Below, piece after piece: positions 37,567-46,212 of a stretch of 64,000 nucleotides of DNA. Source of the stretch: an uncultured Clostridia bacterium (lineage in GTDB: Bacteria > Bacillota > Clostridia > Oscillospirales > Ruminococcaceae). A program made the position numbers and the translations under genes. The notes beneath the pieces are model-generated. The model was not told where the DNA came from, did not search any database, and was given only the letters and a program-made list of their open reading frames with translations. The DNA is taken from contig CAMCFA010000006.1 of the NCBI GenBank assembly GCA_945873955.1, forward strand, positions 1,759-65,758, in the 5' to 3' direction. Positions within the stretch are counted from its first letter, which is position 1; the number at the start of each line of letters is the position of its first letter.

Positions 37567-38409
37567 GTGAATACAGATAAAGCAACTAGCGCCGAGAAGC
37601 TGAACATTCTCACCGCAGCGCTGGAATTCATTGAGAACAACCTCACATCAGAGCTGACGCAGGAGGACTGCGCCCGACACGCCTGCTGCTCGCTGTCGGG
37701 GCTGCAAAAGATGTTCCGGAACGTGTTCCACACCAGCGTCGGCGGGTACATCACCCGGCGGAGGGCAACTGCTGCGGCTCGGGAGCTTCAGCAGCGGGAA
37801 AGCTCGGTGCTGGACATTGCGCTGAAGTACGGCTGGGGCAGCGCCGAAGCGTTCACCCGCGCCTTTACCCGCGTCTGGGGCATGACTCCCACGGAATACC
37901 GCCGGAGCTGGCGGTTTTCCGGGCTGTGTCCCCGGCTGGATATCCCCCGGAAACTCATGCACAAAGGAGAGCTTATCATGACTAACAAATACGATATTTC
38001 CGAACTTTACGACTACATCAAATCCCAGCAGGGAACTTATCTGCTCAGCTTTGACATCGCGCATTTTGACATTGTGAACAAGACATACAGCCACGAAGCC
38101 GGAGACAAGTGCATACTGGAATGTCTGCACCGGATAGACCGGGAGTGCGCCGACGGAATGATGATGTTCCGCATAGGCGGCGATGAATTCGCAATGCTGA
38201 CCGGGCTTTCTGACAGAGCCGAAGCTGAGGCGCTGGCGCTGAAAATACTCTCCCACAACGGTGAAACTGTGGAGTTCAACGGCGCTGAAATACCCATAAG
38301 CATGCGCGCCGGAGCGGTGCTGCTGAAATCCGGCAGACTGAGTTACAGCGAGCTTTTCGCCGAGCTGGTGAGCGCGCCCTCCCCGGTAGCCGGCGAGGTA
38401 AGGTTCTGA
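37567..38409 (+). CDS. AraC-type HTH domain fused to a GGDEF diguanylate cyclase domain
   Basis: 280 aa. GTG start 6 nt after a G8 run. HTH (GYITRRRATAAARELQ..., YGWGSAEAFTRAFTRVWGMTP). Intact RIGGDEF. Confidence 0.85.
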   Translation: MNTDKATSAEKLNILTAALEFIENNLTSELTQEDCARHACCSLSGLQKMFRNVFHTSVGGYITRRRATAAARELQQRESSVLDIALKYGWGSAEAFTRAFTRVWGMTPTEYRRSWRFSGLCPRLDIPRKLMHKGELIMTNKYDISELYDYIKSQQGTYLLSFDIAHFDIVNKTYSHEAGDKCILECLHRIDRECADGMMMFRIGGDEFAMLTGLSDRAEAEALALKILSHNGETVEFNGAEIPISMRAGAVLLKSGRLSYSELFAELVSAPSPVAGEVRF

Positions 38410-38410
38410 C

Positions 38411-38446
38411 AAAAACAAGCCCCGGAGCGGTTTTAAGCTCCGGGGC
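38411..38446. terminator. Bidirectional hairpin terminator
   Basis: Stem gccccggagc / gctccggggc. The T-run is on the minus strand (TTGTTTTT). Confidence 0.65.
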
Positions 38447-38449
38447 AAT

Positions 38450-38609
38450 TTATACTATTTCCTAATCAACATATAGCCAAAGTCTATATGTTGATCCCAC
38501 CGCAAAGCGGTGGGCGCGGCGAAGCCGCAGGAAAGCCGTTCAATACTAATTCTGTCAAAACCAAAGGTTTTGACTAGCCGCCTTAAGGTGATTAAGAATT
38601 AGTATTATA
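38450..38609 (+). repeat. Multi-hairpin intergenic repeat family, copy C (160 nt, 30-nt internal deletion)
   Basis: Collinear with copies B and D, but lacks the 3-prime half of hairpin 5 and most of hairpin 6, retaining only the last 6 nt of its 3-prime arm (aaggtg). Confidence 0.9.
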
Positions 38610-38610
38610 A

Positions 38611-39081
38611 TCAATCCATATTCACAAGCGAGAAAAACAGGCTGACCGCCGAATACAGCGCAACGGAAACCACCAGTGTTGCAGCGGTCACCACAATAAT
38701 GACTGTCTTTCTGCTGCGCCGGGTGGTCTGAATGCAATATGTGATGAAGTAGTACAGCGCAGCCACCGCCGCGCTCCACAGAAGCGCCCCTGCCAGCGTG
38801 ATAAAAACGACACCTCCCGCCTGAAAGCACAGCTAATACAGCAGAAGCCCCACGATACCACCCGCCGCCAGAGCAAGCGCCGTCCGACCCTTGTCACAGA
38901 CGAACAGCCTCAGCAGCACTCCGGCTCCCGCTGGAATTAGGAACAGCGAAACCACCATTACCGCCGAACGCAGCCCTGCTCTGATGTCATGCGGCAGGGT
39001 AAAATTCAGCAGTGCCAGCAGAAACACGACCGCCGCCAGAATTCCCGCAGCAGCCCAGTCGGTTTTCTTTATCCTTGACAT
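38611..39081 (-). pseudogene. Small polytopic membrane protein interrupted by an in-frame TAG
   Basis: An 82-aa ORF (38833..39081) ends at TAG 38833-38835. The same frame stays open for 73 more hydrophobic codons to TGA 38611-38613, with no start codon of its own. Confidence 0.6.
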
Positions 39082-39098
39082 TTACACTCCTTTCCCGG

Positions 39099-39138
39099 AA
39101 ACGAAAACGGCGGCTATGCAGATCGCAGAACCGCCGTC
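39099..39138 (-). terminator. Intrinsic terminator after the GGDEF/EAL gene
   Basis: Minus strand: acggcgg...ccgccgt stem followed by TTTCGTTT. Confidence 0.55.
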
Positions 39139-39160
39139 CATACGGGAGCTTTCCCGCTTT

Positions 39161-40822
39161 TTATGTATTCACCGCCAGCAGCTTCCTGTCGAATTCTTCC
39201 TGCGTTACCGGCTTGGAGTAATAGAAGCCCTGCGCCGCGTCACAGCCGCAATGGCTAAGGAACTGTGCCTGCTCCTGCGTTTCAACGCCCTCGGCGATTA
39301 TGTCAAGACCGATATCCTGCGACATGGAAATGGTGTGGGAAATTATCTTCCTGCCGCGGCTGCTCTCCATGAATTCCGACAGGAACGCACGGTCTATTTT
39401 CAGCACGTCGAACTGGGTGGTTTTCAGCATATTCAGCGACGAATAGCCGGAGCCGAAGTCGTCCATCAGCATTGTGAAGCCCGCGGACTTCATGTTCTTA
39501 ACTACGTCAACAACGCCCTCTGCGTCCACCGATTCGGTTATTTCCAGTTCAAGGTATTTTATCGGGATATCGTACTTCTGTATCAGCTTAGTGAGCCAGC
39601 CTACCACGTCAAAGGTGCGCACATATTCGCGGGATATATTCACGGAAATCGGCACCGGCTGGATACCTCTGTCTATCCAGTCGCGGATCTTTTTGCAGGC
39701 GCTCTCCCAGATAAACTGGTCTAATTTCAGAATAAACCCGTTCTGCTCGAACACCGGGACAAACTCCGCCGGGGATATCATGCCCTTTTCCGGGTGTATC
39801 CACCTTGCAAGCGCCTCCGCGCCGATTATCCTGCCGGTGGAAATGCTGAACTTCGGCTGGAGGAACATCACGAACTGGTTGCCCAGCAGCGCGGACTTCA
39901 TGTCGTCCTCGATAGTCTGCTTCTTTTTCAGCTCGGTGCGCATTCTTCCGTTGAAGAAGCTGATATTGTTCAGCGCGTTGCCCTTTATCGACTGCCGCGC
40001 GATAGTTGCATTATCGCCGTGGCGGCGCGTGTGCAGCGTTCTGTCCTCTGCGATAGCAACGCCGAAGATGAGCCTGTACTCCATGCCCTTGAAGCCGGTA
40101 AGCATGCTTTCAAGTCTATGTATCAAATCCAGCAGCTCTTCATCGCTGGAATACGCCGTTACCATCATAAACACGTCCGCGGTAAGACGGCAGAACGGCT
40201 GATCCTCGTTGCATATCATCGACAGCGAGTCATTGATGAAGGCAAGCAGCTCGTCGCCCGCCTCCACGCCGTAATTCTCGTTTATCATCTTGAACCGCTC
40301 AATGTCGAACTGAATGAACGCTATCTCGTCGTCCGGGTGTCTAGCCATCATATCCCCGACTTCCTTGCCGAATATCTGCGGGTCTTTATCCGAAGAAAAT
40401 GTGGTCAGTATATTTCTGTCGAACATCTCTTTCTGGGAGTAGGGTCTGATCGTGCCGTGTACTGCGGTTATCCGATTGTTCTCGTCCCTTAGGAAATGCG
40501 CGTAAAAGCCGCCCATGGCGAAATCGCCGTCCGGGGTGAACTTAATTTTTAGCTCGACGCTCAGGCTGTTGCGGTCAATGCCGGAGAGTATGCCCTCCTC
40601 AAGCCGCGCGGTGAACACGCTGAACGCCGGAAGATACTGCTCGTCTATCAATCCGCTGTCCCGCAGGAAATCAAGAGGGTCGCCCTTGACATTCTCGAAA
40701 AGGCTGCTGCCGGCGGTCACCACTCTGCCCTCGGCACAGTCCCACAGGAAATGGAGGGTCCTCTTATCCCTGTCAAGAATTTTCACGAACAATTCCTTAT
40801 CCTTTTCTGTAATTTCAGACAT
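39161..40822 (-). CDS. c-di-GMP phosphodiesterase: N-terminal sensor-like region, degenerate GGDEF, intact EAL
   Basis: 553 aa. The GGDEF position reads LTADVF. EAL motifs EALARW, DDFGSGYSSL and EGVET are present. Confidence 0.85.
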   Translation of the reverse strand: MSEITEKDKELFVKILDRDKRTLHFLWDCAEGRVVTAGSSLFENVKGDPLDFLRDSGLIDEQYLPAFSVFTARLEEGILSGIDRNSLSVELKIKFTPDGDFAMGGFYAHFLRDENNRITAVHGTIRPYSQKEMFDRNILTTFSSDKDPQIFGKEVGDMMARHPDDEIAFIQFDIERFKMINENYGVEAGDELLAFINDSLSMICNEDQPFCRLTADVFMMVTAYSSDEELLDLIHRLESMLTGFKGMEYRLIFGVAIAEDRTLHTRRHGDNATIARQSIKGNALNNISFFNGRMRTELKKKQTIEDDMKSALLGNQFVMFLQPKFSISTGRIIGAEALARWIHPEKGMISPAEFVPVFEQNGFILKLDQFIWESACKKIRDWIDRGIQPVPISVNISREYVRTFDVVGWLTKLIQKYDIPIKYLELEITESVDAEGVVDVVKNMKSAGFTMLMDDFGSGYSSLNMLKTTQFDVLKIDRAFLSEFMESSRGRKIISHTISMSQDIGLDIIAEGVETQEQAQFLSHCGCDAAQGFYYSKPVTQEEFDRKLLAVNT

Positions 40823-40858
40823 ACAAACACCGCCCCTCTGAGCATTATCTTTTATGTA

Positions 40859-40887
40859 ATTATAACACCTTTTTTAACTTTGCGCAA
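40859..40887 (-). promoter_or_regulatory. Sigma-A promoter for the GGDEF/EAL gene
   Basis: Minus strand reads TTGCGC, 17 nt, TATAAT. Confidence 0.55.
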
Positions 40888-40968
40888 TAGTTTTTGTGAA
40901 AAAACACGGTGCTCATTAAAAATTTTAACTAAAATGCCCGATTTTTTATGCATTTTTTGTATAATTTA

Positions 40969-41730
40969 TCACACGATCCTAATACCTTTATAATAATCCA
41001 GCGCCGGGAAAGTCCGTTCGGTACGCGCAAGGAAGTAGTTTTCGGTTATTTTCTCCAGAACAGCCGCTCCCCCGTCGGAAACAGCGAACTTGAACGCCCT
41101 GTCCAGCTTGGCATAAACTATGTTCCTCATGGCTTCAAGTATCTCCGGGGTGAGGACGTAATAGCTCCCGCCGTAGCCGCGGTCGAAGCAGTCGCCGCAT
41201 ATCACCTCGCCGCTGTCCGGCAGGAAGAACATCTCCTCATGCTCGAACCTGCCGCAGTTGCTGCACCCCCGCAGGTCCGGGAAGTACCCCAGCATACAGG
41301 AATACCTTAACTCAAACGCAGAGCGAACGCACCTCAGCCGTGCCGGATCCTTCGCCTGCTCCGCCTCGTACAGCGAAATCGCGAAGAACCTCACCACGCT
41401 GTCCTGCTGGGACTGCTCCTGCGGGGTGCAGAACTTCACCGCCTGCGCAAAATACGACCCCAGCGCCAGCTTTTCAATGTCGCTGCCCAGCTCATGGAAG
41501 CTGCGCTTTGGTCTGGCGGAATTCACAGTATACCTGTCCCTGTTCCTGCTAAGGCAGAAAGTCGCGTATGAAAACAGCCCCGCTGAGCCTAACAGGGAGC
41601 TGTTGATCTTTTTTGCGCCGTGGGCAGTGGCTTCGATTATGCCCTGTTCGTCGGTGAGGATATCTAGGAAACAACTGTTTTCGCCTATCTCACGGCGGCC
41701 AACTACTATTCCGTCGTAGGTAACAAGCAT
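40969..41730 (-). CDS. recO: DNA repair protein RecO
   Basis: 253 aa. OB-fold N-terminus and a Cys4 zinc motif (CSNCG...CGDC). Follows era. Confidence 0.85.
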   Translation of the reverse strand: MLVTYDGIVVGRREIGENSCFLDILTDEQGIIEATAHGAKKINSSLLGSAGLFSYATFCLSRNRDRYTVNSARPKRSFHELGSDIEKLALGSYFAQAVKFCTPQEQSQQDSVVRFFAISLYEAEQAKDPARLRCVRSAFELRYSCMLGYFPDLRGCSNCGRFEHEEMFFLPDSGEVICGDCFDRGYGGSYYVLTPEILEAMRNIVYAKLDRAFKFAVSDGGAAVLEKITENYFLARTERTFPALDYYKGIRIV

Positions 41731-41762
41731 GGATTCACCCCCAAAAGGTCAAAGTGAGCCGA

Positions 41763-42662
41763 TCATTCGTCAAACATGCCAAGATCGGATATCACACGCT
41801 CGCGGTTGCGCCAGTCCTCCTTGACCTTGACGAAGCACTGGAGGTTCACCTTTGCGCCAAGCAGATCCTCCATGTCCTCTCTCGCCATTGAAGCTATCTG
41901 CTTCAGCCGCTCGCCACCCTTGCCGATTATCATGCCCTTGTGGCTTTCCTTCTCGCAGATGATAACTACGCTTATGTCGATTATTTCCTGTTCGCCCTTC
42001 ATGCGGGTCTTGAACTTTTCGACTTCAACCGCTGTTCCGTGGGGGATCTCCTCCTGCATGACGCGCAGTATCTTCTCCCTCACCATTTCAGAGCACATGA
42101 ACCGCTCGGTGCGGTCGGTGGCAATATCGTCCGGGAAGAAATGCTCACCCTCCACCGCGAAACGCTCCAGCACCGGCAGTATCTGGTCGGTATTTATGCG
42201 GTTCTTGACCGATATCGGAATGACTTCCTCGAAATCGTAAAGCTCGGAGTACTGCTGGATAATTTTGAGAATATCGCTCTTGTCTTTCAGCAGGTCTACC
42301 TTGTTCAGCAGCAGCACCACCGCCGTCCCGCGGGAGGCGAAGCTGCGTATTAAATCCTGCTCCACCGAGGACATCTTCTTCGTGACGTCCGCCATGAGTA
42401 TCGCGCAGTCCACGTCGTCAACGCTCTGCCGTATCGACTTCACCATGTGCTCGGACAGCTTTGTTTTCGGCTTGTGCATACCCGGAGTGTCGATAAACAC
42501 AAACTGGGTGTCCCCCTTGGTCAGAACGCCGTTGATACGGTTTCTGGTGGTCTGGGGCTTCTCGCTGACGATAGACACCTTTTCGCCGACAAGCAGATTC
42601 GTCAACGAAGATTTCCCGGCGTTCGCACGTCCTGTTATTGCAATAAATGCGTTTTTAGTCAT
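41763..42662 (-). CDS. era: GTPase Era
   Basis: G1 GRANAGKSSL, G3 DTPG, G4 NKVD, C-terminal KH domain. Confidence 0.95.
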   Translation of the reverse strand: MTKNAFIAITGRANAGKSSLTNLLVGEKVSIVSEKPQTTRNRINGVLTKGDTQFVFIDTPGMHKPKTKLSEHMVKSIRQSVDDVDCAILMADVTKKMSSVEQDLIRSFASRGTAVVLLLNKVDLLKDKSDILKIIQQYSELYDFEEVIPISVKNRINTDQILPVLERFAVEGEHFFPDDIATDRTERFMCSEMVREKILRVMQEEIPHGTAVEVEKFKTRMKGEQEIIDISVVIICEKESHKGMIIGKGGERLKQIASMAREDMEDLLGAKVNLQCFVKVKEDWRNRERVISDLGMFDE

Positions 42663-43416
42663 CTTTGTCCTCCGTGGGCTTCTCTCGTGAGGTGCGTCTG
42701 CGCAGCCGTTCCTCGTTGGTTATCGCCGTGCCTGCGCCGGTCATCATGTCCGGGCGCTTCCTGTGGGTGACTTCTATCGCCTGCTCACGCTGCCATGCGA
42801 CGATATTCTTGTGATTCCCGGACAGCAGCACCTCCGGCACGCGCCTGCCGCGCCACTCCTCCGGGCGGGTGTACTGCGGGTATTCCAGCAGACCGTCCTC
42901 GTGGCTCTCCACGCTGAATGCGTCCTCGTTGGGGAGCACGCCCTCCTGCAATCTCGCCACCGCGTCGCACACTATCATTGCGGGAAGCTCTCCCCCGGTG
43001 AGGACATAATCCCCCACCGACAGCTCCTCACATTCCAGCTCGTCCAGCACCCGCTGGTCTACCCCCTCGTAATGCCCGCAGAGAAGTATCAGCCACGGCT
43101 CTGCCGCAAGCTCCCGCACCTTGTTCTGGGTGAGCACCTCTCCCTGCGGCGACATATAGACGATTCGGGGCTTGAGGTTCATCTGGCTTTTTATTGCCAT
43201 GATACAATCGTAGATAGGCTGCGCCTGCATTAACATTCCCGTACCGCCGCCGTAGGGCTTGTCGTCCACGCGGTTGTGCTTGTTCTCGGTGTAAAGCCGG
43301 ATATCGTGGGTGTGTATCTCGATATAGCCGTTCTTTATGCCCCTGCCGACAATGCTCTGATTCAGCACCGGGTCGAACATATCCGGGAACAGCGTTGCAA
43401 TGTCAATCCTCATCAA
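42655..43416 (-). CDS. trmD: tRNA (guanine37-N1)-methyltransferase
   Basis: 253 aa. SPOUT motifs (LLCGHYEGVDQRV, SVGDYVLTGGELPA). Confidence 0.95.
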   Translation of the reverse strand: MMRIDIATLFPDMFDPVLNQSIVGRGIKNGYIEIHTHDIRLYTENKHNRVDDKPYGGGTGMLMQAQPIYDCIMAIKSQMNLKPRIVYMSPQGEVLTQNKVRELAAEPWLILLCGHYEGVDQRVLDELECEELSVGDYVLTGGELPAMIVCDAVARLQEGVLPNEDAFSVESHEDGLLEYPQYTRPEEWRGRRVPEVLLSGNHKNIVAWQREQAIEVTHRKRPDMMTGAGTAITNEERLRRRTSREKPTEDKDD

Positions 43417-43915
43417 ACAGCCCCGGCAGCGGACGAATGATCATTTCTCCCGCGTCGATATCGGTGCTTATCACTACCTCGTCGATACAGGGGAACAGCA
43501 GCTCCCGTCCGTCGTCCTTTCTGATCGAATATACGTCGCTGGCACCGTTCTGGTAGACCTCGGATATTTTGCCGTAGACCTCGCCGGTGTCGGCGTCCTT
43601 TACCGTAAGCCCGATTATGTCCTGAATGAAGTACAGACCCTCCTCAAGCTCGGCGTCGTCGCGGTTGAGGTACAGCAGCTTGCCGACAAGCGGCTGAGCC
43701 TGCTCGATCTTGTCGATCCCCTCCAGCTTCATCACCACGATGTTCTTGTGGGGATAGGCGCGCTGAACCGTGACCTCGGTCTTGCCCTTGTCCAGATACA
43801 GCGTATCGAAATCGCACAGCACCTCCGCGCTGTCGCAGTAGTACTGCACCCGGAACTCGCCCCGGATACCCTGCGTGGCAACTATCTTGCCTATTTCAAG
43901 AAATTGTTTCTTCAT
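43403..43915 (-). CDS. rimM: 16S rRNA processing protein RimM
   Basis: 170 aa. GKIVATQGIRGEFRV and a PRC-barrel C-terminus. Upstream of trmD. Confidence 0.9.
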   Translation of the reverse strand: MKKQFLEIGKIVATQGIRGEFRVQYYCDSAEVLCDFDTLYLDKGKTEVTVQRAYPHKNIVVMKLEGIDKIEQAQPLVGKLLYLNRDDAELEEGLYFIQDIIGLTVKDADTGEVYGKISEVYQNGASDVYSIRKDDGRELLFPCIDEVVISTDIDAGEMIIRPLPGLFDED

Positions 43916-43916
43916 A

Positions 43917-45143
43917 TTACAGCCCTATCTTGATTATCTCGTCAAAGCCCTGCGCCTTCGCCTTGGAATAAGCCTTGTCCGCCTTCTTGCGGTTTGCCGC
44001 GGCGATAAGGGTCACATCGCTGTCCGCCTGAAATTCGTCGGACTTGGCGATAGCTTCAAGGATAGCCTCCGGGCTGTGCAGGATCGCGGTTTTCTTTCTG
44101 CTGCCGGAAAGCTGGATATTGTTCTCGGTGACTATCGAGAAAATACGCTCGAACCCGATAGAGAAGCCCACTGCAGGCACCGTGTCCCCGGTGAATCTGC
44201 CGATAAGATTATCGTATCTTCCGCCGCCGGCAACAGTGCCGCCGAACTGCTTGCTTGCAACCTCGAACACCGTGCCGGTGTAGTAGCCCTGCCCTCTTAC
44301 AAGGCTGGGGTCGAACTCTACCGTGTAGTCCGGGGAGAGCTTGTCCGCTGTCTCAATTATATTGCGAAGCTGCTCCAGCGTTTCCTTTGCGTCCTCGGAG
44401 CAGTACTGCGCCATGTCGTCAAGGGTGAGCTTTCCCTTTGCCAGCAGCCCGGAAAGGTTCTCAACAGCGCTCTCCGGCATGCCCTTTTCGCGAAGCTCCG
44501 CCGCAACGCCCTCAGCGCCGATCTTGTCCAGCTTGTCGAAGCTGACCGAAACTGTGTCCAGCGAGTCCTCCGGGAATCCCATTGTGAGCAGTGAATTTCT
44601 CAGTACGCGGCGGTCGTTCACCCGCACGGTGAACTCGCCTATGCCTATCTTCGACAGCGCCTTTGCGGTAACGGAGATAAGCTCTATCTCGCAGCAGGGA
44701 GAGTCCGAGCCGAGAATGTCGATATCGCACTGCACGAACTCGCGCAGTCTGCCGCGCTGGGGTCTTTCCGCGCGGTACACCTTGTCTATCTGAATTACCT
44801 TGAACGGATTCGGCAGGCTGTTGCGGTTGTTCGCGTAGTATCTCGACAGCGGCAGGGTGAGGTCATAGCGAAGCCCGAGGTCGCAAAGCTCCTTTTCGTC
44901 CACCGGAGTCTTGGAAAGAGCCTCCTCCAGCTTATCGCCGCGCTTCATTATGCGGAAAATGAGGTTCAGATTATCGCCGCCGTCGCTCTTGTCAAGGTTC
45001 TCGGCGCTCTCTATCGCCGGGGTGTATATCCTCGTGAAGCCGCTTCTGGTGTAGGTGTCAAGAATTATGTTCATCAGTCTGTCGCGCTGCGCGGCAGCCT
45101 CCGGCAGGAATTCCTGCATACCCTTCTGTGGTTTTATGTTCAT
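43917..45143 (-). CDS. hisS: Histidine--tRNA ligase (type-2 HisRS)
   Basis: 408 aa. LRYDLTLPLSRY, RGQGYYTG, GGGRYDNL, and a C-terminal anticodon-binding-like domain. Confidence 0.75.
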   Translation of the reverse strand: MNIKPQKGMQEFLPEAAAQRDRLMNIILDTYTRSGFTRIYTPAIESAENLDKSDGGDNLNLIFRIMKRGDKLEEALSKTPVDEKELCDLGLRYDLTLPLSRYYANNRNSLPNPFKVIQIDKVYRAERPQRGRLREFVQCDIDILGSDSPCCEIELISVTAKALSKIGIGEFTVRVNDRRVLRNSLLTMGFPEDSLDTVSVSFDKLDKIGAEGVAAELREKGMPESAVENLSGLLAKGKLTLDDMAQYCSEDAKETLEQLRNIIETADKLSPDYTVEFDPSLVRGQGYYTGTVFEVASKQFGGTVAGGGRYDNLIGRFTGDTVPAVGFSIGFERIFSIVTENNIQLSGSRKKTAILHSPEAILEAIAKSDEFQADSDVTLIAAANRKKADKAYSKAKAQGFDEIIKIGL

Positions 45144-45173
45144 GGTTTTGTTGTTCCTTTCGTTTTTGTATTT

Positions 45174-45605
45174 TTACAGCCACTGGATAAATCCAGTCTT
45201 ATCGGTGCGGTTATAGCCTGCGCGCTCGTAGAACTGCAAGGTGCTTTCCAGCTTGGAGCCGGTCATCAGCACCAGACGATAGCAGTTCTCCAGCCGCGCT
45301 ATTGCCTTGGCGTAGTCAAGGCACGCCGTTGCAAGCCCCCGTCCCCGGTAGTCCGGGTGAGTCACCACGTTCTCCACCCACGCGTAGGGGCGGGGGCCAT
45401 GGGTGAGGTTCGGTATAACTACGCAGGTGCAGGTCGCGACCAGCTTTCCGTCCTCCTCGGCGACGATAAGGTGGTAGTCCGGATCGTTCACCAGACGCTC
45501 CCACAGGTCTTTTGTAAGCTCCGCCGGGGGGATCTCCGTTTCGTGCAGGTGCAGATACAGCTCCATGAGCTGCTGATATTCGTCTATGCGTACTTCTCTT
45601 ATCAT
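45174..45605 (-). CDS. GNAT-family N-acetyltransferase
   Basis: 143 aa from ATG 45605 (RBS GGAGG). HPDYRGRGLATACL acetyl-CoA motif. Confidence 0.85.
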   Translation of the reverse strand: MIREVRIDEYQQLMELYLHLHETEIPPAELTKDLWERLVNDPDYHLIVAEEDGKLVATCTCVVIPNLTHGPRPYAWVENVVTHPDYRGRGLATACLDYAKAIARLENCYRLVLMTGSKLESTLQFYERAGYNRTDKTGFIQWL

Positions 45606-45635
45606 AGTATTACCTCCAGACACCATACATATTTT

Positions 45636-45664
45636 ATTATAATCTATTGCCGTCTTTTTGTCAA
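45636..45664 (-). promoter_or_regulatory. Consensus sigma-A promoter for the GNAT-hisS-rimM... gene string
   Basis: Minus strand reads TTGACA, 17 nt, TATAAT. Confidence 0.7.
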
Positions 45665-45750
45665 GCAATAATTACGGATTCCTTCAAAACCTGTTTTCCA
45701 GTGGCTGGAAGCGCATTTTTTAACTGTATCTCCAAAGGCGCAGTTTCCCG

Positions 45751-45779
45751 TTGACGGAAGCGGTAAAAAATGATAGAAT
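45751..45779 (+). promoter_or_regulatory. Sigma-A promoter upstream of the 34-codon small ORF
   Basis: TTGACG, 17 nt, TAGAAT. Confidence 0.6.
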
Positions 45780-45810
45780 ATACTCACAACATTCACACGG
45801 AGGTAATAAC

Positions 45811-45915
45811 ATGAACAGAACAACCAAAAGGATCATCACCGAACTCATGAAAATGGCAGGGTCAGTCGCGCTGATAATACTCTGGTCGGCGGAGCTTACG
45901 CGTATTCTGGGGTGA
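45811..45915 (+). CDS. Candidate 34-aa small hydrophobic protein
   Basis: MNRTTKRIITELMKMAGSVALIILWSAELTRILG. GGAGGT RBS 7 nt upstream of the ATG and its own promoter. Below the ORF-track length cutoff. Confidence 0.4.
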   Translation: MNRTTKRIITELMKMAGSVALIILWSAELTRILG

Positions 45916-45950
45916 ACCCGGCAAAAATCCTTTCGGTATGAGAAAAGCCA

Positions 45951-45979
45951 TTGACAAACCGCGAAAAATATATTAAAAT
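45951..45979 (+). promoter_or_regulatory. Sigma-A promoter firing into repeat copy D and dapL
   Basis: TTGACA, 17 nt, TAAAAT. Predicted TSS ~45986-45988, 3-5 nt before the repeat 5-prime boundary. Confidence 0.65.
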
Positions 45980-45990
45980 ATATGTTGGAT

Positions 45991-46181
45991 TTATACTATT
46001 TCCTTATCAACTTATAGACAAAGTCTATAGGTTGAACCAACCGCCAAGGCGGTTGGAGCGACTAAGCCGCAGGAAAGCCGTTCAATACTGATTCTGTCAA
46101 AACCCCTGGTTTTGACTTGCCGCCTTTAGGCGGCTCACCTTATAGACTTCGTCTATAAGGTGATTAAGAATTAGTATTATA
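45991..46181 (+). repeat. Multi-hairpin intergenic repeat family, copy D (191 nt), forming the predicted dapL 5-prime leader
   Basis: Full-length copy collinear with B. Ends 31 nt before the dapL ATG. Confidence 0.9.
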
Positions 46182-46212
46182 TCAAATCTCATAACAGAAA
46201 GGACAAAAGAAC

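Noticed and set aside
45991-46181. Lysine (L-box) riboswitch upstream of dapL
   Set aside because: It is tempting because of the gene and the ~190-nt multi-helix leader. But the same sequence recurs in unrelated contexts (the topoisomerase spacer, downstream of pilT), and I could not find the L-box conserved cores.
35056-46181. CRISPR array interpretation of the repeated elements
   Set aside because: The copies are 160-191 nt, kilobases apart, in separate intergenic regions. There are no regularly spaced short repeats and no cas genes.
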